The notes beneath the pieces were generated by a model that saw nothing but the letters and a program-made list of their open reading frames with translations, made no database searches and was not told the origin of the DNA. Positions 27,500-38,371 of a stretch of DNA of 64,000 nt are shown here, one piece after another. The stretch's first letter is position 1, and each line of letters opens with the position of its first letter. The position numbers and the translations under genes are program-made. This stretch comes from Hemiscyllium ocellatum (Eukaryota), in contig NW_026867623.1 of NCBI RefSeq assembly GCF_020745735.1, forward strand, positions 248,001-312,000, read 5' to 3'.

Positions 27500-28420
27500 C
27501 ATTCTGCTCCTCTTCCCACGTCAACGTTTTTGCTGGAATGGATCAGCCTGGCGAGACATTTGGCAGTCTCTGCAGTGAAACCACAGTTCCCAGTGTCTCC
27601 TGGCATTTCTGACATTGTATGAATTGAATTGAATTGTCTGAATTTCGAGTTTTGTGATGTTGGGGCCCACTGTAGGAGGCGGAATTGGATCATTCATCCA
27701 GCACTTCTGGCTGAAAATTCTTACAAATGCATCAGCTTTACTTTTTTTCCTGAAGTACTGCTCTCCCCCATAACTATGGATTTCATTGTTGGGAATTAGC
27801 CTCCTCCTCCAATGGCCTCTTTCGCTGTCCACTAACGTTTATGTTCACATGTCACAGGGCCGAAGAGATAGATCAGAACCATCGATTTTGGGATCACTGA
27901 GCAATGCCCATCATTTATTGCTTATGCTGTTTCAGATGTAAGTCGTCCTGTTATGTCGGCAAAGAAAATAAGAGCTTCTCCAGGCTGTACCCTCTTATCT
28001 AGACCTGGTTGCTGCAGCTCCCACCATGTACTTCTGCACTCTTATTTGAATCATGGTGGATGCCTGGCTTTGTGGCTAGTGGAGAGTGAGAGAAATGCTG
28101 AGCCGTGAGGTTGCAGACTGTTTGAGTTTTACAGAGAATGATTCCACTGTTTCGCATGGCCCGTGGCATCTCATGGATGTCTCGGTGTTATCTGCTCAAT
28201 CTATTAAAGTCTGTCCTATTCAGCACATGTGTTGCTACATAACATGTGCGAGGTTTGACAAAATGCGAAAATGACCGTTTCTTCCCAGAAGAACTGCGCA
28301 GGAACCGCATTTTCCGTTTTATTATGGAGGGGGTCTCTGTAGCAGGCGGACTGACGACGATGTGGCAATTATTTCTTTTACTTTTAATAACTCCCTCACA
28401 ACCTAGCACAGAATTGGATT
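27500..28420 (-). mobile_element. APE-RT LINE fragment, clade not assigned
   Basis: KSKADAFVRIFSQKC..DPIPPP (ORF 27521-27832); same motif on the plus strand at ~41290-41360. Confidence 0.6.
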
Positions 28421-29337
28421 AAAACGTGTTGAAGTGTATTATGTCCATTGCCGGTGACATTAAAAGCTGATGATAGGTTTGCAAATAATAAGATGCAAAA
28501 TAATTTCTGATTTTACATTGTGTCACTAAATATGTCCTGTACAACTGAGGAATAAAGAAAATATGCAGCATATTTCCCTCTGCCTCGCTCAATCAAATAT
28601 GTTTTGTTGACAACAACCAATTTCAAAACGCTTGCTATCTGACTTTTGTTCCTGAAACGTTCTTTCTGATTGATAAAACTTTGTCAGGGCTCTCAATTCT
28701 CAGGCACCTAATCGAATATTGCATTTCTGGTTGAGAAAAGTTGTTTTGAAGAGCGAGATGAAATTAAACTGTCTGAAATTCAGGTATCTGAACTGGACAA
28801 TTTACAAATGGACAGGACCGTTGACAAGTTAGTCGGAGATAGCACTGAAACAAACTGTACAACAGACTTAATTCTAGCAGATACATACCTTAATACCTTA
28901 ATTCCTCACGTCAAATATATTCACTGTAATTGAGCCTTCATCAGAGGAACTAACCAAAGGATTAATGTGAACGAGAATGTGTTCACAATGAACATAAGTA
29001 ACCACTGACTTAATAAACTTAATAAGTTATTGTATTTCACAAAATTATTGAGGTGGGACATATCGCCAATTGAAGCACAGCCCCAGAGGAAATGAATAAT
29101 TTGGTCAATAAATTTTTTACAGATTCTTAAAACATTCCTTGAACTGTGGAGATTTTGCATGCACTGCATAAAGCGAATAGTGCATTCTAGTGCGGAATTG
29201 CATTTCTGTTGTATAAATTCGGGCAAGTTAATTTTCTTGTTAGCAGCTTTTAATGTATGGAAATGTTTAAGAAAGGTATGAATTGAAACCATGCTTCTGT
29301 CTGGAGTTGCTCACTTTAACGGATGTCGCAGTAAATG

Positions 29338-29650
29338 TGGGCAGTGCGGTGGCTTAGTGGAGAGCACTGCTGCGTCACAGCGCCAGGTACCTGGGTTCGG
29401 TTCCAGCCTCGGGCGACTGTAGGTGTGGAGTTCACACATTCTCCCCTGTGTCTGTATGGGTTTCTTCCCACAATCTAAAGATGTACAGGTCAGGTGAAGT
29501 GGTCATGTTATATTGTTATAAAGATAGGTGCATTAGTCAGGGGGAATTATAGCGTTGGGGAATGGGTCTGGGTGGGTTACTCTTCAGCCGATCAGTGTGG
29601 ACTTGTTGGGCCAAATGGCACGATACATACTGCAGGAAATCTAATCTAAA
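29338..29650 (+). mobile_element. HE1-type tRNA-derived V-SINE
   Basis: A box ggtggcttagtgg, B box gggttcggttcc, V-domain-like tgtggagttcacacattctcccctgtgtctg, (aatct)n tail. Confidence 0.8.
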
Positions 29651-29885
29651 TGATTGCCACACTTAACTAACGTGAGCAGCTTCCTTCAGATAGTTACATT
29701 GCAATAAATCGGTCAAGTGTATTAATTACAATAAATATTACTATATTTTCAGTGTCTGAATACACAATGTGCTCTGTTATCCTCTAGTTCATGTCTTCTG
29801 CAAATTTGTGAACTCTGCATCCGCCTGAAAACATCGATGTAAAATGAATTCTCTGCGTTTGCAGCAAGTACTTCCATGGTTTTAA

Positions 29886-30237
29886 GAGTAGAGTTGCTAC
29901 CGTATGGAAACAGTCCATTTGGCTCAACAATTCCACACTGACCCTCTGAACCGTAAATAGCCCACCCAGACCCATTCCCCTTAACTTATATTTATCCCTG
30001 ACTAGTGCACCCTAACCCATACATCCCTGAACACTACGTGCGATTTAGCACAGCCAATCACCTGACTTCCACATCTTTTGGACTGTGGTAGGAAACCACA
30101 GCACCCGAAGCAAACCCACACAGACACAAGGAGAATGTACAAACTCCACACTGGCAGTCACCCAAGGATGGAATTGAATTTGCGACCCTGGCGCTGTGAG
30201 GCAGCAGTGCCAACCACTGATCCACCATGCTGCCCTG
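29886..30237 (-). mobile_element. HE1-type tRNA-derived V-SINE (antisense)
   Basis: Reverse complement gives ggcagcatggtggatcagtggttggcactgctgcctcacagcgccagg...gtgtggagtttgtacattctccttgtgtctg. Confidence 0.8.
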
Positions 30238-32041
30238 CGAGTTCATGAGTGGATTATTTTAATTAATTCGAAATTTGGACTTGGTCAAATAATACACTGT
30301 AGTATTTGTTTCCAAAAGAATGACTTTAAGTTGATATTTTGTTGTACAATGTAACTAGTTATTTAAAACGCACAGATTGGGAACACCTAAAGCACAGTGC
30401 AGATTAAATAATTAAGTTAATGTTTTATTTTTATTCTGCAAATCCAGTTTAATCAGGGACATAACAATGAATTAACTCAAGTTACTTGTGAAACTGATTA
30501 AAGCAGTGAAACTGATCTGTTCTTCATAGAATTGAGCAGAATTTCCAAGTGGTCTTTGCCAATCATCTTTTCCAGCCAGAAAAATTGTATGCAGTGTACA
30601 GTGGAATTGAAAAGTGTTTCTTGATCAATTATAACACAGTCATTGCATTTTTGCTCAAGAGCAAGAACTGTTAGAACATTATAACTTTGAAATTCTATTT
30701 ATATTTCTCTGCGATTTGTAATCTGGTAAAATACAGACCTTGTGAATGAACTAGATACTTGAATTCTGAATTTGGATTGTAAACATGGATTAGATGAATC
30801 TTAATTATTGCTTCTAAATAAAAATGGCGCCCGAAGGTATCTGTTTTCCCTTCATTTCCAAAAACTTTGCGATTTGACTTTCACTTAATATTAGGCTGTA
30901 TGAAATTTCAACTGGCATGCTGATTGCATTGAATGAGGAACCTGGAGCAGTTCCCTGTCACCAACCATGTTAACATTGAACAAACAATGTAGAAACCTGA
31001 ACCTGGTTCGGAAATATAACACATTTAATGTTACCCAAGCACAGTCCCTCCTCAACAGATCAAAGATCACCAAATCACAACACGATGTGTTTGCAGCAGA
31101 ACTCGCTCTGCAAACATGTTCAACAGAACCAAGGACATGATGTAACCTCAGGAAAAAAAAATTGAAATCTAACAAAACTGCTCAGAATCAAGCAAACTAA
31201 TGATTAAATTGAACAGAAATAACAAGTCATAAAATCAGCCTTGTTTGTGAGGAGACTTAACACTTAAAGCTATAACGTTTTCGGCAACAGTTCAATTTAT
31301 TTCCAACCTGTACACTCGTCCTGATCAAGACAATCTTGTGCAGTGCAAACAGGAGAGCAATTGAAAGCATATATTGATGAGTCACTTTAAGGTGAAACCA
31401 AAATTACTTGAAGGGACAAATATTATCAAATTATATTTTTAAGTTAGTTTCAATTACGTAATCTGATCAATTCTGCTGTTTCAGACTATAGTCCCAAGTT
31501 TTATTTTGAATGAGGCTTTTTGAATGAAATATAGCACCGCAAGAAAATTTTATGACAGTTTCTAACCTGCTTGTCATCATCAAAATTAAGAAAATAAAGG
31601 AGAAAATAAAATCATGGTAATAACATTATGTATACTGGGAATATATTCAAGGAAAGAAGAATGATATTTTAGCATATTTTAATCACGTTTGATAATATTT
31701 CAAACATAGTTAAATTCTTAGCGTTTGTAGTTGATAATAAAACTCGCACTGACATTAAACATTATTTATAGCTGACTGATTAAGAGACATTACGTGATTC
31801 AAGTAACCCAGCCACACAGAATGCCCATCTGATCCAAAAAAGAGATTCACCGAGCAACTGACTCCATCATCACCATGTTAACTATTTGTTGAGCCTTAAC
31901 TGAAGTCTATAATCCGTCTGAACAAACATCAATCCGAACCAAACCAAACTCAGCACAGAATCTGAGTTTCATTTCATTCAGAAATTAGTCACACGAATAG
32001 AGCATTTTTAAAAATTCACTCAGAAAGTTCAAAGATCTTCC

Positions 32042-32089
32042 GGGAATTCACTGTCACCATGGTCCCTTTGCCCCAGTAATCAAGATAGT
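32042..32089 (-). pseudogene. IGHJ: immunoglobulin heavy chain JH segment (YLDYWGKGTMVTVNS) with a defective splice donor
   Basis: WGxG motif; upstream 23-RSS; the expected GTAAG donor reads GGAAG at 32041-32037. Confidence 0.9.
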
Positions 32090-32128
32090 CACAGTGTTAC
32101 ATTCTCTGGACTGGGTCACACAATAACT
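32090..32128 (-). promoter_or_regulatory. JH 23-bp-spacer recombination signal sequence
   Basis: Plus strand: CACAGTG (32090-32096), 23 nt, ACAATAACT (32120-32128). Confidence 0.9.
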
Positions 32129-32455
32129 AGCTCTGCATAAAACAAATCTAAAATCTACCATAATTTTAAATTTTCAGATCCAAAGGCAAAATAACGTCAC
32201 AATATACCTCCATCACATAATTGCGCTAGTAAATTCTGATCATTCTTGATAAATTTTAATACTGTTTTATACTTCACAGAGTAACACATGAGCTGATTCT
32301 CAAAATCCCCAACTGGTGTATCAATAATTATCCACCACGTTTACCAATTAGATAGTTATGCTAGCATAAAACCCCGCAGAACTAATACTGCACTGCAAGT
32401 TAAGATGGTTTGTAGAAGTAATCACTGAGTCGTATCAAACAATGGAGGCTAAATA

Positions 32456-32530
32456 GGCTTTTGTATTGATCATAATGTATTGCAGTGTCACTCGAGCTAG
32501 TATCACAATATCTCGATTCGGACACTCAGT
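32456..32530 (-). other. putative DH segment (ATACTAGCTCGAGTGA, 32503-32488) with degenerate flanking RSSs
   Basis: J-side: CACTGCA, 16 nt, ACAAAAGCC (minus strand, 32487-32456). V-side: CACAATA, 11 nt, ACACTCAGT (plus strand, 32504-32530). Lies ~400 bp from both V and J. Confidence 0.55.
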
Positions 32531-32893
32531 CTCTGTTCTATACTCGAGGTATCAATTTTGATTTAAGATAGCCACTTAGTACTTTTCATGTTTAGAATTA
32601 ATGCCATAGTTTATATAACACAATAAGCAGCGATTTCCTGAGCTGTCAGATGTATTAAAACTAACATTTTGTCCAAGCATTTAATTCATGGAAGTGTTAG
32701 CAGTGCATATGACATGTCCAAAACATTGTCCCATTGTGTTACCTAGATTGCTAGTTTTAATGGTACATTTCCTCTTTGATAGCTTTGTAAGAGGCAGCCT
32801 GAGGTCTGCTTCAGATCGCAGTTCGTATAATTGTATTTAAAATTCGTACTGACCGTCAGTTTGTGATGGAATTGACAAAATGTTCCCTCGAGG

Positions 32894-32932
32894 TGTTTTT
32901 GAACGGGTCCAGCCCTAGTTCCTCTCGCTATG
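32894..32932 (-). promoter_or_regulatory. VH 23-bp-spacer RSS with mutated heptamer
   Basis: CATAGCG, 23 nt (agaggaactagggctggacccgt), TCAAAAACA, directly after the CARD codons. Confidence 0.85.
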
Positions 32933-33237
32933 GTCTCTTGCACAGTTATAGATGGCGGTGACTTCGAACTTCAGGTCCACCATGTTCAACAAGGAAATGT
33001 TGGCTGAAATGTCTTTGGACGCAGTAAATCAACCCTTAATCGTTGGTGCACAGTTATTGGTGGATGGACTATTGTACCAAAGCAGCCACTCCAGGCCCTG
33101 TCCCGGAATCTGTCGGACCCAGTGCATGGAGCTGCTGCTAAGATCATACCCGCTGGTTTTCCAGGTCAGTTTCAGGCTGCCTCCGCGACGGCCAGAGTCT
33201 GCCTCTGGCTGGGTCAAAACAACCTCCGACTAGACAC
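32933..33237 (-). pseudogene. IGHV: IgM-type VH exon, pseudogene
   Basis: After acceptor tttaaag: [99 protein letters not shown]. Elasmobranch VH frameworks; stops at 33232-33230 and 33031-33029; first Cys replaced by Trp (33163-33161). Confidence 0.95.
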
Positions 33238-33366
33238 CTTTAAAAAGAAAACACATAAACCTTGAGCATTAATTCTGATGAAACTTTGGCAGTGTCTTTT
33301 ACATTCTTGCTGTAGACAAACATTGAGACAATAACAAAGAGAGACTTGAACAAAAAAAACACTCAC

Positions 33367-33415
33367 ATGATAAGAAAGTCAGTCACAAACTGAGAAAGAT
33401 TTTCTACACAATCAT
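33367..33415 (-). pseudogene. VH leader exon (MIV*KIFLSL*LTFLS), two in-frame stops
   Basis: 49-nt exon starting with ATG, phase-1 donor gtgagt at 33366-33361, 129-nt intron to the VH exon. Confidence 0.85.
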
Positions 33416-33501
33416 TCTGATAACTTGTGGGAAACGGTTCTGTCAAGATCTTTCTAAACAAAGCCGACCCAGGAGTGTTGAATTACGGTCTAGTGCCCAT
33501 G

Positions 33502-33626
33502 ATTTATATGGCCATCGGAAGGGGAAGGCTTACATCTTCCGCCTGTTGGTGTCCTGCTGGAGGCTGAGACTGGATGCTGGTATCAGCTTGTACAGCCCGA
33601 ACACATAGGCTCATGTATTTACATGA
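33502..33626 (-). promoter_or_regulatory. putative VH promoter: TATA box plus octamer-like palindrome
   Basis: TATAAAT at 33508-33502, ~90 bp upstream of the ATG; ATGTAAAT at 33624-33617 within TCATGTA-TT-TACATGA. Confidence 0.5.
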
Positions 33627-33774
33627 GGTTATGTTTAAACATGGACATATACACATCTTGGGATATTTGTTTTGCTGAATAGCTTCTTTGGAAGTAAATT
33701 TGAGTAGCTTCAGGTCTGTTTCTGATGATAGTTACAAGAATTTTCTTCAAACAAAACAAACCAAATTCAGTTGG

Positions 33775-34220
33775 AAGTTAGCTCCCTTTATTTCTACATT
33801 CACTTCCAAGCAGATAAAACTAAAATCAAAATTCAAACATATTACTAGCTAATAAAACAATTGAGCTTTTTTTTTCTGTGGGCACACTGCAAGTCTGTCG
33901 CACTACAAAATAACATGTAATTCACACTAAACATTTCAAAATTCAATTTAGGCAACAGAATACAGAGCAGGTCCAAAGTGATTATATTTAGAATATTCAA
34001 TTATAAGTTAACTCCGTTTAATCCTACTTTCAACCACAAGCAGATAAAGCTAAAAAGAACTTTAATAATATTATTAGCCAACAAAATTAGTGACTTCATT
34101 TTTGCTGTCACTCAAAGTCTCTCTCACATTACAAAATAACATACCATTTAAAATCTGCGTTTCTAAGTTCAATTTAGGCAGCCTAATATGGAGCATGTCT
34201 AAAGTGATAATGTTCAGAAT
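33775..34220. repeat. diverged tandem duplication, period ~230 bp
   Basis: aagttagctcccttta (33775) vs aagttaactccgttta (34005); shared caagcagataaa, tacaaaataacat, ttcaatttaggca, aaagtgat blocks. Confidence 0.8.
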
Positions 34221-35683
34221 GTGAGTGTATGCCACTAAACAGTTTTGATCCGAGATTAGAAGCACATCCTTACAATGCAGAATGTCTGTCCTTGCATTTT
34301 TTTTTTCAAATTGCTCTGACACTAAAATGCAGAGTAAAGGAAACCTGTGTGCCTGAGAAGCAAAAAGTGAATTGGTAGTGATACATAACACCTAGGTAAA
34401 CTTTTGAAAGAGCATCTAATGAACTAGAACAGGACAGTCCATAAGTTTTTTTTTAATTCTCAACATCTAAACCATTGCAGGTAACTGTCTGGGTGCACCA
34501 GGTGTGTTTGGTTACATTAGAGAGTATTACAATAACCATTACCACGGATGGTAGGTCATAAAAAGACATTTCTCTGCTCACTGATAGTTCTGACAAGGGG
34601 GTTAACTCATAAAAGTCAACAAAAAATCGCGGTTACACTCCTCCAGTATTATCCATGGATAAAGGGCCCACTCAGTTTTAATGAGATGCATGAATCAGAG
34701 AATGGTGCAACAAGTGATGTGAGTTTGAACCAATTCAAGTTTATTAATTTACTTTGAGATAATAACAAATGTTACTGAAATGTGGGATTTTGGATCCATT
34801 AACTTCGTATTCAGGAGCTTCAAAGATACTCAATAAACAAGCTGAACTAAACAGAACGTCATTGCATTCAATATCCTGTTTTCTGATAGTCATACAGTGA
34901 ATGCTGTATTCAGTGACTTTTCTTTTTAAAGAAAAAATGCCAAGTGAAATGTATCCATTGTGAGTAAATGGGAAAATATAGTTTGTTTGGTAGGATTTTA
35001 CTTTAGTTGATTCATTTTCCCTTTAATCGGCCAGATACAATAGTTGGCAGCAATTAAGCTGACTGCAAAAAATGTCCTTGAGTTCCCAGTTTCATTTACT
35101 GGAAGCATGTGGAGTTTCTGCAGTGGATCAAAGATAGTTTGTCTCTGTGTTGACCAGTTGCTGGAAACCCAACTGCAAACCATAACCACCTCCTCCGCAG
35201 AAACAAATCGACTCAGCAACAATGCTGGAGAAAAGTTTATTTTCAGTTGTGTAACTTGGAGAACTAGCCACTCCTCTCATTGAAGAAAATATTTGCAGTG
35301 TCTCAGACACAACCTAAACATCAACAGTTCATTCAAGGATCACTACAACACTACTTAATATTGAGAAAAATTGATAAATAGTCATAGTCATGCTGTGATA
35401 CAGCATGGTTACAGACACTTCGGTCCAATCCAGTCCATGCCAGTCATATCCTAAACTAAACTAACCCCATCTGTGTGTACTTGGCCCATATCCTTTCAAA
35501 CATTTGATATTCATTTACTTATCCAAATGTCTTCTATAGGTTGTAAGTATCCCCCATAAGATGATCCCACACACAAACCATTCTCTCTGTAAAATGTTGT
35601 CTTTGATATTTTTTTGAAAAAAAATTCTCCTCTCATTGTTAAAACATGTTCCCTATTGTTGAAATCCCCCACCATAGGGAAAA

Positions 35684-37828
35684 TACGCCAATGTCTTATT
35701 CAAAAATTGAAAACAATCCCAGCTCCAAACATTCACAAAATATGGATCTTCCTTGAGTCCAAAAAAGATTGCCCCCTTTGAACAATGATTTCTAAAATTT
35801 ACTCGCATATCTGTTGTGAAGGACGTTTTCAAATAACTTCTGAAGTGCAAGTGGTTCACATCAATCGGATTGAAATAACATTTCGTGTGTTACCCCACAC
35901 AAAAAACAAGCAATTTTGCTGACACGAATTGCTCTGAGGAAGTCTTCAATGGATTCTTTTATCATAAAAAATCATTTCCAATGTTGTGAGGGCTCGTCTA
36001 TCTTCTGTGTGATGGTCTGAATTTTAAGTTGTGTCTGACTGCAGATGAAACTGACTGATCAGGGTAAAAGTACAGTTTGTGCCTTTCACATTGTTAATGT
36101 ATATTGCTGACTGACTAAAGTCATGTTGGTCCAGACATCGTCTTGCACCATTAATTTGGCCTTTAATTTCCACATCACTAGCCAGACTATCAGGTGGAGT
36201 TTATTGATATGTGATACTTTTGACACGAAAGCTTCGTACATTCCCAGCATGAATCATGTAAATTAGAGCCATTCACCTTTCCACTCATGGCTTTATAAAC
36301 TTATATGAGGTCACTGTCCACCCCAGCGAAATCTCACCCTCCAGTTAGAAACGTTCCAGTCTATCTGGATTTCCTACGGTGGTTCTATTCCCTCACATTC
36401 TGCTGTGAATGATCCTCCTGCCCCCACCCCCACCCCCAGGTCCACAGACTGCGTCCATTGATACGAGTTCAATGAAATGAAAGCAAGTTGTCCCACCATA
36501 TTGTTCAATTTTATTTGGCTTCAAACACCATAAAAAATAAATGTTCATGTCATTGCAGATTTATGGGAGAAGGCCGTTTACACAGTATCTGCTGAAATAC
36601 CTGCAGTACCAACCTGAATCTGGTTCACAGGTTCATCTGTTGCTCACAAACGCAAACAGACATCAGGGAATAGTGAACATCGCCCACACCCACTCCTCCA
36701 CCCTTCCACTGTGTACTTTCCACTTTGTGAAATCCGTGTTGTCAATAATTGGTTAAAATAAAGTTTTTTTTTAACTTTCTTAATTCATGTTGCAGATCTT
36801 GGCTGAATAAAGGTATGTTGCTGTCAGCATTTCCGGGGAATATGTCTGCATTTTTTTCATGGTTGCTTACAATGATATTAAGTCAAGAATAGTCAAAATG
36901 TCCTGAGAAACAACGTTTAGAAATGGGCCTATTAGCTCCTCAGGGCTGCACCAACTGTTTGAATATTGATATTGTGCTGCCCCTACATTTTTTCCCAATA
37001 AGCCAGGATTTACAGAATTGGAGATCATATCTATGTTGATAATGGATTAGACTCTACAGAATGTTCCTGAATGTTTACAGTACTATCACCTGCAGGGTTA
37101 TGGACAACATGCAATAAAGTGGGTGTTAGCTGGAAGGCTCTGTCTTCACGTGATACAGGTGCGATGGGCGAAGTGATCTCTCTCTGTCGTGAAAACTTTC
37201 TACTACTCTAAGTTCATCTTTCCTACTTTGTCTCGTTCAGAGGCTCTAATTCACATGATTCATACTAGAAATATTCCAAGCCTTCGGTTCAATGAGATCA
37301 ATACACTCCACCTGAATCTGCGGCTAGTGATGTGGAAATTAATGGTCTAATTAATGGTGCCAGACGATGCCTGGGACAACATCACTTTATTCAACTAAAG
37401 TCAGCAATATACATTAACAATGTGAAAGGCACAAACTCTACTTTTACCCAGAGCAGCCAGTTACATCTGCATTCAGACACAAAATTCAGACCACTGTACA
37501 GAAGATAGATGAGCCTTCAGAACATTGGAAATAATTTTGTTTGATAAAACAGTCCATCATAGACTTGCTTAGAACAAAACGTAACAACAAAATTGCTTGA
37601 TTTTTTTGTGGGGGGTAACACATGAAATGTTACTGTATTCCGACTGATGTGAACTATTTGCACTTCAAGTTATTTGAAAACGTGCTTCACAACAGAATAT
37701 AGGAGTAAATTTTACAAATCATTGATCAATGGGACAATTTTTTTTGGATTCAAGGAAGATCCATAGTGATATTTGGTAAATGTTGTAAGCTGTGATTCCT
37801 TTAAATTTTTAACTAAGATATTGGCATA
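35684..37828. repeat. long inverted repeat: arms ~35684-36208 and ~37297-37828, ~1.1-kb spacer
   Basis: e.g. tttgtgcctttcacattgttaatgtatattgctgact (~36076-36112) is the reverse complement of agtcagcaatatacattaacaatgtgaaaggcacaaa (~37399-37435); colinear along both arms. Confidence 0.9.
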
Positions 37829-38371
37829 CAGTGGACAACTTCACAATTTGCTGTCATATGAAACTTGCAACCACTGTGAACCTGGAAGGTGATGGTTCAA
37901 AATTTAACAAGTATCTAGCAAGGTTCGTGGAATGGACCAACGAATGATTCATGAAATTTAGCAAAGGCATTTCTAAAATGATGAGTTTAGCTAGGAAGAA
38001 TGTAGAGACACAAATTCACATCTCCGTTTGCATTTCAATATACTATAAATTACTTTTCTATTATATCCTAAAATACTTGTGGTTTTGTGCATATATAATA
38101 CACTCTATCTTGTTCCGGGGTTAAGATAATTTATTTATTTCACTCAAGACTGTATGCTGTATGTTTGCCTCAGTATTGACCAAACTCAGTTTAGTGCCAG
38201 CTTATATCACTTGAGCTGCTTTTTCAGGAAGTGAATCTCTCCACCTGTTGTGTCAAAATAATCTGTTCATGCTTAGATCAAAATAAATCCTGTTAATATC
38301 ATGCCAAATTCAGGCTCGGTTGTTTGCATTTATTCATTGGAAATTAACAGAATATGACAGGTCTGTTCTTG

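Noticed and set aside
29338-29410. tRNA-like A/B boxes
   Set aside because: Head of a SINE, not a tRNA gene.
32664-32726. Possible second D segment (AGCAGTG, 12 nt, CCAAAACAT)
   Set aside because: The heptamer lacks CAC, the nonamer is poor, and there is no room for a coding segment plus an opposing RSS. Only an alignment to intact clusters could rescue it.
34998-35310. Overlapping short ORFs upstream of VH with a faint Ig-C-like GNSRTFFAVS motif
   Set aside because: No canonical Cys/Trp spacing, stops in all extended frames, and the wrong side of V for a C exon.
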